DNA of 64,000 nucleotides, from the NCBI RefSeq assembly GCF_051105105.1, contig NZ_CP185339.1; one strand, 5' to 3'. Positions 35,216 to 45,843 of this stretch are shown here, one piece after another. Below the pieces are notes generated by a model. It was not told the DNA's origin, ran no database searches, and was given only the letters and a program-made list of their open reading frames with translations. Position 1 is the stretch's first letter; every line of letters starts with the position of its first letter. This stretch comes from Nannocystis pusilla (lineage in GTDB: Bacteria; Myxococcota_A; Polyangia; Nannocystales; Nannocystaceae). Both the position numbers and the translations under genes were made by a program.

Positions 35216-36728
35216 TCAGTCGCGGCGGGCCAGCAGCGTCGCGTGCATGTCGCTGCCGTCGATGCTCTCGTCGAGCGGCTCGTCGATGTCGATGATCACG
35301 CTCTCGCCGCCCGAGCTCGTCGGCGGCGGGATCGGCGGGACGGAGCGCGGCGCGACCGAACCCGGCTGGGCCTCGACGGGGGCCGTCCGCGACCCGCGGC
35401 CCTCGACGCCGGCGAAGCGGGCCGCGAGGGTGCGCACGAACGCGCCCATCCACGGCTTCATCGAACGTCAGCTCCTCCTCGATCAGGTCGCTGGTGATCT
35501 TGGTGAGCGTGGCGTCCTCGACCACCAGCACGCTGGCGGTCCGGCGCGAGGCGGCGAAGATCAACGTCTCGCCGAACACGTCGCCCGGCCCGAGCCAGCG
35601 CAGCGACACGTGGTGCCCGGCCTCGAGCTTGTAGACCTCGAGCCGGCCGGCCAGCACGATGTAGGCCGCGTCGCCGATCTCACCCTCGCGGATCACGTGG
35701 TCGCCGGCGGCGAAGCGGACCGTCTGGAAGCTGCCGCTGCCGCGCAGCAGGCGGACGATGTCGGCCTGCAGCGCCGCCACGCTCGGATAGCGATCGTCGG
35801 GGTCGCGGCGCAGCGCCCGCGTCACGATGCGCACCAGCTCGCGCGGGAACGGCACCGCGACGTGGCTATCGGGCGACGCGAACTTCGCCTCGCGCGCGAG
35901 GATCAGCGCGTCCATCGCCGTGCGCGCCTGGTACGGCGGCTTCCCGACCATCATCTCGTAGAGCAGCGCGCCCATCGAGAACACGTCGGCGCGCTCGTCG
36001 AGCGGATGGCTGTTGGCCTGCTCCGGCGACATGTACGACGGCGTGCCGAACACCAGCCCGTCGGTCTCCGACGGCGGCAGCGGCGGCAGGGCGTCGCGGA
36101 CCCAATGCGCCTCGTCTTCGCTGGACCGGAGCGGCAGGATCTGGGCCCCGCCCCAGTCCATCAAATAGACCTGGCCGTAGGCGCCGACCATCACGTTGGC
36201 CGACTTGATGTCGCAGTGGATCACCCCGCGGCTGTGGGCGAACGACAGCGCGTCGCACACCTTGACGAAGATCTCGAGGCGGTGGAACAGCCGCTCGTGG
36301 TCGGTCGCCGGCTCGCCGCCGATCAGCGCCTTCAGGCTCTGGCCCTCGACCAGCTTCATCGTGAAGTAGAGCTGGCCCTGCTCGTCGCGCCCGAGCTCGT
36401 GGATCGGCACGATGTTGGGGTGGTCGAGCTGACCGGTCACCTGGGCCTCGCGCAAGAACCCGTGCACGAGCATCAGGTGGTCGTAGGTCTTGGCGTGCAT
36501 GACCTTGGCGGCCATCCGCCGCTGCAGCACCTCGTCGAACGCGAGCCGCACCGAGCCCATCCCGCCGCGCGCCAGCTCGTCGCCGAACGACAGCCGCGGC
36601 ACTTGGTCCGGCAGCGCCGCGCGGATGAGGGCCTCGAGCCGCTCCTCATAGGAGAGCGGGGAGTCGCGGTCGAACAGCCGCTCGAGCGCGGCGCTGGGGG
36701 ACGAGCCTCCGGGGCGGCGACCTGGCAT
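35216..36728 (-). CDS. Ser/Thr protein kinase fused to a cyclic-nucleotide-binding (CAP-family effector) domain; C-terminal frame switch near 35460
   Basis: Kinase motifs VIHCDIKSANVMV, DWGGA, GTPSYMSPEQ. The cNMP domain reads FAAGDHVIREGEIGDAAYIVLAGRLEVYK...GPGDVFGE. The Arg/Pro-rich tail of ORF 34974..36878 is implausible, while the small ORF 35216..35461 supplies a protein-like C-terminus. Confidence 0.8.
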
Positions 36729-36780
36729 GCGGGGCCACGATACAATGCCGCCTCGGCGGTGGTACACCGGGGCGGCCGGC

Positions 36781-37935
36781 ATGGACCTGCGCACCGCCCT
36801 CGTCACGCTCCGCTTGCGCCACCCGTTCGGCCTGTCGCGCGGCACCGTGAGCGAACTGCCGAGCTTGCTCGTGCGCATCGACCCGGGCGACCCGGACGGT
36901 GCCGCAGCGGATGGCCCCGATCGCCGCGGCCTCGGCGAGGCCGCGCCCGTGCGCTACCTCGGTCAGTCGGCGATCGCCGCCGCGCCTCTGGCCACCGCGA
37001 TCGCGGCCGAGCTGTCCCCCGAGATCCTCGTCGACCCGCGCGCGATCGCGGCCGCCGGTCCGCGCATGCGCGAGCTCGCCCCCGACCACTCCGCGGCCCG
37101 CTGCGCCGTCGACACCGCCCTGTGGGACGCGGCCGCGCGCGCCCGCGGCCGCCCGCTGGCCGAGCTGCTGGCCGACCCGGACGTGCTCGATCGGGCAGGT
37201 CTCGATCGCCATGTCCTTTCGGCCACCTCGGGGGCCACGGTCACCTCTTACACGATCGCGCTCGACGAGCTCCCGGCGATGGCGGCCCGCGCGGCCGCGG
37301 CCGCGCACCTCCCGGTGCTCAAGATCAAGCTCGGCAAAAATCGCGATTTCGACCGCGCGGCCGTGCGTGCGATCGCCGCCGCCGCCCCGAACGCCCGCCT
37401 GCGGGTCGACGCCAACGGCGGCTGGACCCCGGACGACGTGCGCGCTCTGCTCCCGCTGCTGGTCGACCTCGGGGTCGAGCAGCTCGAGCAGCCGCTGCCT
37501 GCGGGTCGGCCCGACCTTCTCGCGGCGCTCGCGCGCGACTGTCCCCTGCCGATCTACGCCGACGAGGACGTACAGGGGCCGGACGACGTGGCGGCGCTGC
37601 GGGGTCGGGTCGCGGGGATCAACGTCAAGCTGATGAAGTGCGGCGGGATCTCGCCGGCCCTGGCGACGATCGCCGCGGCCCGGGACAGCGGCCTGCGGGT
37701 GCTCGTCGGCTGCATGATCGAGACCCGCGTCGGGCTCGCCGCGGGCGCCGCCCTGGCCCGCCTCGCCGACGAGGCCGACCTCGACGCCCACATGCTCACG
37801 CGGGCCGACCCGATGCCGCCGGGGAGCCAAGAGCGGCTCGCGCCCGACCTCCCGCGGCTTTGCGGCCCCGGCCTCGGCGTCCCGCCGGGGGCGTTGCCCG
37901 CGGACGGCGACCCGGGGCCCGGGCGCGTGGCATAA
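36781..37935 (+). CDS. enolase-superfamily enzyme, mandelate racemase/muconate lactonizing family (dipeptide epimerase/OSBS-like)
   Basis: KIKLG, VDANGGW, LEQP, ADE and KLMKCGG are the catalytic K-x-K, D, E, D, K positions. Confidence 0.8.
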   Translation: MDLRTALVTLRLRHPFGLSRGTVSELPSLLVRIDPGDPDGAAADGPDRRGLGEAAPVRYLGQSAIAAAPLATAIAAELSPEILVDPRAIAAAGPRMRELAPDHSAARCAVDTALWDAAARARGRPLAELLADPDVLDRAGLDRHVLSATSGATVTSYTIALDELPAMAARAAAAAHLPVLKIKLGKNRDFDRAAVRAIAAAAPNARLRVDANGGWTPDDVRALLPLLVDLGVEQLEQPLPAGRPDLLAALARDCPLPIYADEDVQGPDDVAALRGRVAGINVKLMKCGGISPALATIAAARDSGLRVLVGCMIETRVGLAAGAALARLADEADLDAHMLTRADPMPPGSQERLAPDLPRLCGPGLGVPPGALPADGDPGPGRVA

Positions 37936-37948
37936 TCCACGCTCCGCC

Positions 37949-40900
37949 TTGAAGCCCGACGAGCCCCAGGCCCGCGCCTCGCTGCCGGTGACGCCACCTG
38001 TCCCTGAGGACATCCTTCCGCGTCCGCTCGGGCGCTACGAGCTGGTGCGTCGGGTCGGCTCCGGCAGCATGGGCGTCGTCTATGCCGCGCTCGATCGCGA
38101 CAGCGGCCGCACCATCGCGCTCAAGACCCTGCACCAGCTCGACCCGGGCGCGCTGTTCCGCCTCAAGAACGAGTTCCGCAGCGCCGCCGGCCTGTCGCAC
38201 CCGAACCTCGTCAGCCTCCACCAGCTCGTCTCGCACGACGACGAGTGGTTCATCACCATGGAGTTCGTCGACGGCGTCAGCTTCGTCGACCATGTCCGTC
38301 AGGGCATGTCCGAAAAGCCAGGCGCCGCGCCGCCGCCCGAGCGCCTGCGCCCCGCCCTGCTGCAGCTGGCCGCCGGCGTCAGCGCCCTGCACGCCGCCGG
38401 CAAGCTGCACCGCGACCTCAAGTCGTCGAACGTGCTGGTCACCGCCGACGGCCGCGTCGTCATCCTCGACTTCGGCCTCGCCGCCGACAACGTCGCCGAG
38501 GGCGGCGAGGACGGGCTGCTCGGCACGCCGGCGACGATGGCGCCGGAGCAGGCCGCCGGCAACCCGGCCTCGCCCGCGAGCGACTGGTACGCGATCGGCG
38601 TCATGCTCTACGAGGCGCTCACCGGCCGTCTGCCGTTCACCGGCCCGCCGCTCGCCATCCTCCACGCCAAGCAGCACGAGGACCCGGCCCCGCCGCAGGC
38701 GCTCGTGCCCAACGTCGATCCCGAGCTGGCGACCCTGTGCGTGGGCCTGCTGCAGCGCGACCCGGCCGCGCGGCTCGGCGGCGCCGACATCCGCGAGGCC
38801 CTCGGCGAGGCCCCGCTCGGCCCGACCGAGTCCGGCGCGCGCTTCGTCGGCCGCGACGACCTGCTGTCGGCGATGCGCGACGCCTTCCAGCTCGCGCTCG
38901 CCGGCTCGCCGGTGTGCGTGTACGTCCGCGGCCGCTCCGGCATCGGCAAGACCGCGCTCATCGATCGCTTCATCGCCGAGCTGCGCCGCAACGACCGCGC
39001 CTTCGTCCTCCAGGGCCGCTGCTACGAGCGCGAGAGCGTGCCGTACAAGGCCTTCGACAGCGTCCTCGACGCGCTCGCGCAGCACCTCCGCCACCTCCCG
39101 CAGGAGGAGGCCGCGGCCCTGCTGCCGCGCGAGATCCACGAGCTCACGCGGCTGTTCCCCGTCCTCGCGCGCGCCCCCGTGGTCGCCGATCTGCCGCAGC
39201 GCAACTTCGTCGCCCCCGACCCGCAAGAGGCGCGGCGTCGGGCCTTCCGCGGGCTCAAGGAGCTGCTGGCGCGGATCGCCGATCGCCGCCCGCTGGTGCT
39301 GCGGATCGCCGACCTGCAGTGGGGCGACGAGGACAGCGCGCGCCTGCTCGCCGAGCTGCTGTCGCCGCCCGATCCGCCGGCGATGCTCTTCATCGGTTCG
39401 TACCGCATCGACGAGGACGACGCGCCGATGCTCCGCGAGCTGCGGCGGCTCGGCGCGCGGCCCGAGCTCAAGGCGCTGGTGCGCGACCTGCTGGTCGAGC
39501 CGCTCTCGCCCGATCAGGCCGAGGAGCTCGCGCTCGCCCGGCTCGGCCGCGACAGCGACAGCGCCCGCGCCGAGGCGCGCCGGATCGCCGCCGAGTCGGG
39601 CGGCAACCCGCTGTTCGTCGAGGAGCTCGCGCGCCACATCGCCGGTCACCGCGGCGCCGCGCCGGCCGAGGTCTCGCTCGACGCGGTCGTGCGCACCCGC
39701 CTCGCCAACCTGCGCGCCGCGGGTCGCAGCCTGCTCGAGATCGTCGCCGTCGCCGGGCGACCGATCCCGCCGAGCCTCGCGTTCACGGCCTCGGGCGTCA
39801 CCGATCGCTCGGTCCTCGGCGAGCTGCAGGCGCAGCACCTGCTGCGCACGCTGGCCTCGCGCAGCGGCGACACCGTCGAGTGCTACCACGACCGGATCCG
39901 CGACACCGTGCTGGCGCAGCTCGGCGGCGACCGCCTGGCGCAGCTGCACCGCACCCTCGCCGACGCCCTCGCGCAGTCGGCCGACGACCCCGAGCTGCTG
40001 GCGCACCACCTCCACGCCGCCGGCGCCTTGAAGGAGGCGCACGCCGCCGCCGTCGCCGCCGCCGAGCGGGCCGCCGCCGCGCTCGCGTTCTACCGCGCCG
40101 CTCAACTGTACGGCCGCGCCCTCGCGTGGGCGCCCGACCTGCCGGACGACGAGCGCCGCGCCCTCCTGCGCCGCCGCGCCGACGCCCTCGCGCTGGCGGG
40201 TCGCAGCGCCGAGGCGGCCCCGGTCTACGCCAGCGCCGCCGAGGGCGCCTCGGCCGCCGAATCACTCGAGCTGCGCCGCCGCGCCGGCGAGCAGTTCCTC
40301 GTCAGCGGCAACATCGACCAGGGCGTGCGGATGCTGCGCCCCGCGCTCGTCGAGGTCGACCTCGGCTACCCGGCCACCCCCGGCCGCGCCAACATGTCGA
40401 TCATCACCCGCTCGACGCAGCTCAGCCTGCGCGGGCTCGGCTTCGCCGCGGTGCGCGAGGAGCAGGTCCCGCCGGCCGACCTGCTGCGCCTCGACGTGTG
40501 CCTGTCGGCGGCCGTCGGCCTCGCCTTCGTCGATCCGATCCGGGGCTACAGCTTCTACCAGCGCGGCCTCCTCCTGGCCCTTCAGACAGGTGAGCCGCAG
40601 CGGATCGCCCGGGCGCTCGCCGGCGTCGGCGCCATGATCATGAGCCGCGGCACCGCCAACGCCGTCGGCCGCGGCACCACCCTGCTCAAGGAGGCGCGCC
40701 GCCTCGCCGAACAGATCTCGGAGCCGCGCCTCATCGGCCTGTGCGAGATCGTCGACGCCATCGCCGCCGTCTCGCTCGGCCGCTGGCGCCGCGCGCTCGA
40801 GCACTGCGAGCAGGGCGCCCAGATCCTGCTCGACCGCTGCGTCGGCGTCGGCTGGGAGCTCGACCTCGCCCGCATGAGCACGATGCGCGGCCTGTTCATG

Positions 40901-41635
40901 CTCGGCGAGCTGGCCGAGCTCGGCCACCGCGCCCACGCCTGGCTGCGCGAGTCGGAGGACGCCGGCGATCTGTGCGGCGAGGTCTGGTCGGCGCTCTACA
41001 GCGCCTACGCGCTGCTCGGCGCCGACGACATCACCAGCGCCCGCGACCGCGTGCGCGGGGCGATGCGCCGCTGGTCGAAGGACGGCTTCCACTTCCAGCA
41101 CATGCTCGCGCTGATCCTCGAGACCTCGTGCGACCTGTACCAAGGGCAAGGTGGCTCGGCCTGGCAGCGCCTGGCCGAGAACTGGGTCGCCGTCGAGAAC
41201 TCGTACATCCTCGGCTGGCAGGGCCAGCGGATCCTCTTCCTCCACGCGCGGGGCCTCGCCGCCATCGCGGCCGCGCGCGAGCAGCCGCACAACGCCGGCG
41301 TCCTGCTCGCCGCCGCCGAACGCGACGCCGCCCAGCTCGAGGAGGACCGCGCGCTGCGCCACGACTCCGTCGCCATGGCCGCGCTGATCCGGGCCGGCAT
41401 CGCCGCGCAGAACGGCGACATCCAGCAGGCGCTCGTCCGCCTCGAGGCCGCCGCCGCCAGCTTCGACACCGCCGACATGCCGGTCCACGCCGCCTGCGCC
41501 CGTCGTCGCCGCGGCGAGCTGTTGGGCCCCAGCGGCGCCACCTTGATCGCCCAGGCCGATCAGTACCTCGCCTCGCGGGCGATCCTCCGCCCTGCGCAGT
41601 GGAGCGCGATGTACAACGGCAGCGCGCCCACCTGA
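37949..41635 (+). CDS. Ser/Thr protein kinase fused to an AAA+/STAND ATPase and C-terminal TPR-like repeats
   Basis: Kinase GRYELVRRVGSGSMGVVYAA...HRDLKSSNVLV...DFGLA. Then a Walker A (GRSGIGKTAL) and a long helical repeat region. Confidence 0.85.
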   Translation: MKPDEPQARASLPVTPPVPEDILPRPLGRYELVRRVGSGSMGVVYAALDRDSGRTIALKTLHQLDPGALFRLKNEFRSAAGLSHPNLVSLHQLVSHDDEWFITMEFVDGVSFVDHVRQGMSEKPGAAPPPERLRPALLQLAAGVSALHAAGKLHRDLKSSNVLVTADGRVVILDFGLAADNVAEGGEDGLLGTPATMAPEQAAGNPASPASDWYAIGVMLYEALTGRLPFTGPPLAILHAKQHEDPAPPQALVPNVDPELATLCVGLLQRDPAARLGGADIREALGEAPLGPTESGARFVGRDDLLSAMRDAFQLALAGSPVCVYVRGRSGIGKTALIDRFIAELRRNDRAFVLQGRCYERESVPYKAFDSVLDALAQHLRHLPQEEAAALLPREIHELTRLFPVLARAPVVADLPQRNFVAPDPQEARRRAFRGLKELLARIADRRPLVLRIADLQWGDEDSARLLAELLSPPDPPAMLFIGSYRIDEDDAPMLRELRRLGARPELKALVRDLLVEPLSPDQAEELALARLGRDSDSARAEARRIAAESGGNPLFVEELARHIAGHRGAAPAEVSLDAVVRTRLANLRAAGRSLLEIVAVAGRPIPPSLAFTASGVTDRSVLGELQAQHLLRTLASRSGDTVECYHDRIRDTVLAQLGGDRLAQLHRTLADALAQSADDPELLAHHLHAAGALKEAHAAAVAAAERAAAALAFYRAAQLYGRALAWAPDLPDDERRALLRRRADALALAGRSAEAAPVYASAAEGASAAESLELRRRAGEQFLVSGNIDQGVRMLRPALVEVDLGYPATPGRANMSIITRSTQLSLRGLGFAAVREEQVPPADLLRLDVCLSAAVGLAFVDPIRGYSFYQRGLLLALQTGEPQRIARALAGVGAMIMSRGTANAVGRGTTLLKEARRLAEQISEPRLIGLCEIVDAIAAVSLGRWRRALEHCEQGAQILLDRCVGVGWELDLARMSTMRGLFMLGELAELGHRAHAWLRESEDAGDLCGEVWSALYSAYALLGADDITSARDRVRGAMRRWSKDGFHFQHMLALILETSCDLYQGQGGSAWQRLAENWVAVENSYILGWQGQRILFLHARGLAAIAAAREQPHNAGVLLAAAERDAAQLEEDRALRHDSVAMAALIRAGIAAQNGDIQQALVRLEAAAASFDTADMPVHAACARRRRGELLGPSGATLIAQADQYLASRAILRPAQWSAMYNGSAPT

Positions 41636-41923
41636 CGCGCGGCTGCAGCGACTGCGCGACTCCCTGCCCGCGCCGCCTCTGCGTGTCCGCGAGCTCGCGT
41701 CACCGCGGCGCTCGCTGACGATCGACCCCGCAGCTCGGCTCGCTCGCACCGGCCCGTCCGCCGGCCGCCACCAACCGGCGTGAGCTCCGCATACCGACCG
41801 GCGTGAGCCCCGCGCCGCCGCGCCTGGGCCCGTGCGAGGGCCTGGCCAACGCGTGTGACCTCGCGCCCGCGGCGCCCGCCTTGCCGCGCGCGACAGTGCG
41901 CCACTATCCTGCGCGCGCTCGCC

Positions 41924-43120
41924 ATGGATCTCACGCTCGGCACTCCTCTGTCTCCCTCGTCCACACGGCTGCTCCTGCTCGGCTCGGGCGAACTCGGCCG
42001 CGAGGTTGCGATCGAAGCCATGCGCCTCGGCGTCGAGGTCATCGCGTGCGATCGCTACGCCAAAGCCCCGGCGATGCAGGTCGCGCACCGCAGCCACGTG
42101 TTCGACATGCAGGACCGCGAGGCAGTGCGGGCCGTCGTCGCCCGCGAGAAGCCCCACTACATCGTCCCCGAGATCGAGGCCATCGCCACCGACGCGCTGG
42201 TCGAGCTCGAGAGCGAGGGCTGGGCCGTCATCCCGACCGCGCGCGCCGCCCGGCTCACCATGGACCGCGAGGGCATCCGCCGCCTCGCCGCCGAGCAGCT
42301 CGGCCTGCCGACCAGCCCGTACGCCTTCGCCGACACGCGCGAGGAGGTCGAGGCCGCGGTCCAGCGCCTCGGCCTGCCGTGCGTGATAAAGCCCGTCATG
42401 TCGAGCTCGGGCAAGGGTCAGAGCACCGTGCGCACCGCCGCCAACGTCGCCGCCGCCTGGGAGTACGCGCTGTCGGGCGCCCGCGGTCGCTCGGCCCGCG
42501 TCATCGTCGAGGGCTTCGTCCCGTTCGACTACGAGATCACGCTGCTCACGATCCGCACGCGCCACGAGGGCACCCTGTTCTGCCCGCCGATCGGTCACCG
42601 CCAGGAGCGCGGCGACTACATGGAGTCGTGGCAGCCGCACGCGATGGCGCCGCAGGCCCTCGCCCGTGCGCAGGAGATCGCCGCCGCCGTCACCGAGTCG
42701 CTCGGCGGCGCCGGCCTGTTCGGCGTCGAGCTGTTCATCGTCGGCGACAACGTCATCTTCAGCGAGGTCAGCCCGCGCCCGCACGACACCGGCATGGTCA
42801 CCATGATCACGCAGGACCAGAGCGAGTTCGAGCTGCACGTGCGCGCGATCCTCGGCCTCCCGATCGGCGAGGTCATCCTCCGCGCGCCCGGGGCCTCCGC
42901 CGTGGTCCTGGCCGATCGTCCAGGCACCAACCCGCGCTTTACCGGCGTCGGCAAGGCGCTCGCCGACCCGCGCACCAAGATCCGCCTGTTCAGCAAGCCC
43001 GACACCCGCAAGTACCGGCGCATGGGCGTCGTCCTGGCCTACGGCGACAACGTCGCCGAGTGCCGCGCCCGCGCCGAGGCGGCCGCCGCCGAGATCCGCG
43101 TGGTCGTCGACGCCGGCTGA
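41924..43120 (+). CDS. purT: formate-dependent phosphoribosylglycinamide formyltransferase (GAR transformylase 2)
   Basis: Near-collinear match to PurT: [18 protein letters not shown]...[14 protein letters not shown]...[15 protein letters not shown]...[11 protein letters not shown]. Confidence 0.9.
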   Translation: MDLTLGTPLSPSSTRLLLLGSGELGREVAIEAMRLGVEVIACDRYAKAPAMQVAHRSHVFDMQDREAVRAVVAREKPHYIVPEIEAIATDALVELESEGWAVIPTARAARLTMDREGIRRLAAEQLGLPTSPYAFADTREEVEAAVQRLGLPCVIKPVMSSSGKGQSTVRTAANVAAAWEYALSGARGRSARVIVEGFVPFDYEITLLTIRTRHEGTLFCPPIGHRQERGDYMESWQPHAMAPQALARAQEIAAAVTESLGGAGLFGVELFIVGDNVIFSEVSPRPHDTGMVTMITQDQSEFELHVRAILGLPIGEVILRAPGASAVVLADRPGTNPRFTGVGKALADPRTKIRLFSKPDTRKYRRMGVVLAYGDNVAECRARAEAAAAEIRVVVDAG

Positions 43121-43134
43121 GCATTGCGACTTCG

Positions 43135-43195
43135 AGACATGTCGCCTGCGACATGTCCATTACGCCAGGCCTTGATGGACATGGTCTAAAGGTCA
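43135..43195. repeat. REP-like cluster
   Basis: gagacatgtcgcctgcgacatgtccattacgccaggccttgatggacatggtc. Confidence 0.65.
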
Positions 43196-43327
43196 TCTTG
43201 TCAGAGATCCCAGCGCGCGCCCGCAAGGCCCTCCTCCACCGACGCGGGAGGGCCAGGATGCACGGCGCGAGAGCCTTCGCCTGGCGCCGGTGAGCGCTCG
43301 ACCAGCGACGTGCGCCCGCGGCCGGGC

Positions 43328-43570
43328 TCACCCGTCGAACAGCTCGAGCAGCGTGCGCAGCCCCGGCGACCCAAGCGCCTGCGGCTTCTCGGCCAGCGCG
43401 CGGCGGATCTCGAGGTGCGCCGCCGGCAGGATCGACTGCAGCGGCTCGAGCGCCTTCGCGTCGCCGCTCTGGGCCGCCGCCACCGTCGCCCGCACCTGCT
43501 CGCGCCCGGGCCCTGCGAGCCGCTGGCCAACGTCCCACGCGGTCACGACAGCACCTGCTCCGAGGGACAT
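43328..43570 (-). CDS. small hypothetical protein (uncertain)
   Basis: About 80 aa from MSLGAGAVVTAWDVGQRLAGP... More protein-like than the opposite-strand Arg-rich ORF. The start ATG is embedded in a GACATGTCC element. Confidence 0.3.
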   Translation of the reverse strand: MSLGAGAVVTAWDVGQRLAGPGREQVRATVAAAQSGDAKALEPLQSILPAAHLEIRRALAEKPQALGSPGLRTLLELFDG

Positions 43571-43658
43571 GTCCCCGAGTTCATCGTGGCGCAGCTTCGC
43601 GGGCGGCCCGGCGCGGGCATACCGACGGTGGAGCAGGCCCATGCCCGCGAGGATAGCC

Positions 43659-44981
43659 TCACACCGCCGCGCGTGCGCGGGCGTGGGCGATCGCGCGGAA
43701 GCTCGGATCGTCGCGGCGGAACGCCAGCGTGGCCAGGAGCGCCAGCGCCCACAGCACCGCGATGTGGAGGAACATCGTCTCGCCGCCGTAGTGCTTGAAC
43801 AGGAAGCCCGACACCAGCGGCCCCGCGAGCGTGCCGAGCCCGTATGAGCCGTTCAGCAGCGCATTGCTGCGGCTGAAGTCGCGCGGATCGACGATGAGGC
43901 TCTGCAGCGCCAGGCTCATCGGCCAGATCGGCGCCAGCGAGGCGCCCGCGAACAGCACCGCGACCGCGACCAGCCAGAGCGTCGGCAGGTAGACCAGCGA
44001 CGCCGTCAACACCACCCCGAGCCCGACCAGCGAGCGCACCGTCTTGAGGTGGCCGTAGCGATCGCCGAGGCGACCGACGAACACCACGCTGGCGGCCATG
44101 CCGATCGAGAAGAACGCCACCAAGAAGACGGTATCTTCCTCCTTGACCCCACGAGAGTTGATCAAGAACAGAGGCAGGAACAGCACCATCGACGCCTGGA
44201 AGTAGCCGTAACAGAACGTCGGGATGCAGGCCGTCTTGATCCGCCAGTACAGCTTCAGGATCGGCGGATGGCGTTCGCTGGCGGCCTCGGGTTTCGGGGC
44301 CTCGTCCGCGTGCTCGTGCCCGTGACCGCTCCCGGCGATCGGCTGGATGTCGCGGTCCAGGAACACGTAGGCGATCAGCGCCGCCAGCGAGGCGAACAGC
44401 CCCGCCGCCACGAACACCATCGGCATCGGATAGATCAGCATCACGATCCAGCCGATCACCGCACCGATGGCGTAGCCGGTCGACATCGAGATCGTGTAGA
44501 GGCTGGTGATGAGCCCGCGATGCGCGGTCGTCGTGCGCATCAGCAGCACCGTCTCGAGGCTCACCCACACGCCGACCGAAAAAGCGCCGTCGAACCCGCG
44601 CGCCGCGCCCAGCCCGAGCAGCGTGGCGAGGAACGGGAAGATCGCGGTGGCCGTCGCGTATCCGAGGAGCCCGAGCGACAGGACCATCCGCGGCGCGAAG
44701 CGCTGGATGGCCTTGCCCATCGGCACCGAGAACAGGGCGATACCCGCGGCGAAGAACATCGCCAACACCCCGATCGTGGGCGTGTCGATGCCGCGGACCT
44801 TGTTCAAGTAGACTGCGACGACCGCCGTCACCATCCCGTAGGCCGTTCCGGTCATCGCGCACACCACGTACGCCGCGCGGATGTTCGAGTCGCGCAGCTC
44901 GGTGTGCCAGAGCTGTTGCAGCTCGTTGCGGACCTTGGACCACTGCCCTGCGGGCGTGGGGGGCGAGACCGTCGTCGTCAT
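43659..44981 (-). CDS. MFS transporter
   Basis: 12 predicted TM helices, with the GRLGDRYG motif between TM8 and TM9. Confidence 0.85.
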   Translation of the reverse strand: MTTTVSPPTPAGQWSKVRNELQQLWHTELRDSNIRAAYVVCAMTGTAYGMVTAVVAVYLNKVRGIDTPTIGVLAMFFAAGIALFSVPMGKAIQRFAPRMVLSLGLLGYATATAIFPFLATLLGLGAARGFDGAFSVGVWVSLETVLLMRTTTAHRGLITSLYTISMSTGYAIGAVIGWIVMLIYPMPMVFVAAGLFASLAALIAYVFLDRDIQPIAGSGHGHEHADEAPKPEAASERHPPILKLYWRIKTACIPTFCYGYFQASMVLFLPLFLINSRGVKEEDTVFLVAFFSIGMAASVVFVGRLGDRYGHLKTVRSLVGLGVVLTASLVYLPTLWLVAVAVLFAGASLAPIWPMSLALQSLIVDPRDFSRSNALLNGSYGLGTLAGPLVSGFLFKHYGGETMFLHIAVLWALALLATLAFRRDDPSFRAIAHARARAAV

Positions 44982-45069
44982 CGTGGGGGGACGCGATGAT
45001 CGGGCCCGGGCCGGCGAAAAACCAGTCCCCCGAGGCGTGCGCTCGCGTGATTTTCGCGCGGCTTCGCGC

Positions 45070-45750
45070 TCACTCCTTGTCGCGGACCGTCTCGCGCTTG
45101 CAGTTCTTGGTCACGTCGAGCGGGAGCATCGCCGGATCTGTGACGCGCACCGCGGCGAACGTCGAGCCCTTGAGGGTGGACATGAGGGGGCTCATCAAGT
45201 CGCCCTCGATCTCGCCGCAGTAGAATTCCTCGTCGAGGATGGTACCGATCAGCTTCAGCGTCGCCACGATCTCGCCGCCGGTCACCGGGTTGGCCATGCC
45301 GGTCACCATGACCACGCCGGCGTCGATCTCCAGCGTGCCGTCGACGATCGGGATGTCCTCGTAGCAAAGCGGGTCGCCGATCGGCTCGCGGGGCACGTTG
45401 ACCTTGCCCTGCATGAGGCTGAGCGGCTGCAGGCAGGCGGTGAGGAGCGTGTTGCCCATCTCGTCGGTGGTCAGCGTATTGGTGGCGATGAACTGCAGCG
45501 GCAGGTCGGGCGCGATGTTCGTCGAAACTGCCAGCAGGAAGTCGCCGCTGATGTCGGCCTCCGCGGGCATCACGTCCGGGGGCGGGGGCGGCATGAAGTC
45601 GCGGTCGTCCTTGGTGTTGTCGAGGAATTCGTTGAACTTGGCCTCGGAGTCGGGGCACCCCGCCAAGAGCGGCACCAGCAGCGACAGACCGAGCACCGAG
45701 CCGGGGACCCGAGGGCCGAACACGCGGCGGACAGAAAACGATCGGGACAT
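45070..45750 (-). CDS. hypothetical lipoprotein
   Basis: MSRSFSVRRVFGPRVPGSVLGLSLLVPLLAGC gives the lipobox. 226 aa, no known domain. Confidence 0.55.
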   Translation of the reverse strand: MSRSFSVRRVFGPRVPGSVLGLSLLVPLLAGCPDSEAKFNEFLDNTKDDRDFMPPPPPDVMPAEADISGDFLLAVSTNIAPDLPLQFIATNTLTTDEMGNTLLTACLQPLSLMQGKVNVPREPIGDPLCYEDIPIVDGTLEIDAGVVMVTGMANPVTGGEIVATLKLIGTILDEEFYCGEIEGDLMSPLMSTLKGSTFAAVRVTDPAMLPLDVTKNCKRETVRDKE

Positions 45751-45843
45751 CCTGCGCAGCACTCTGCCGTGCATTTTGTCCGCCGTAAAGCAGTGACCTC
45801 GGTGTAAAGTGGCGCCGGTTTGTCGCCGTACGAGGTCACCTTC

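Noticed and set aside
43560-43580. ORF starts created by the ATG embedded in GACATGTCC elements
   Set aside because: The REP-like consensus itself contains ATG, which seeds many short spurious ORFs in the track. Only 43328..43570 was retained, at low confidence, because its downstream composition is protein-like.
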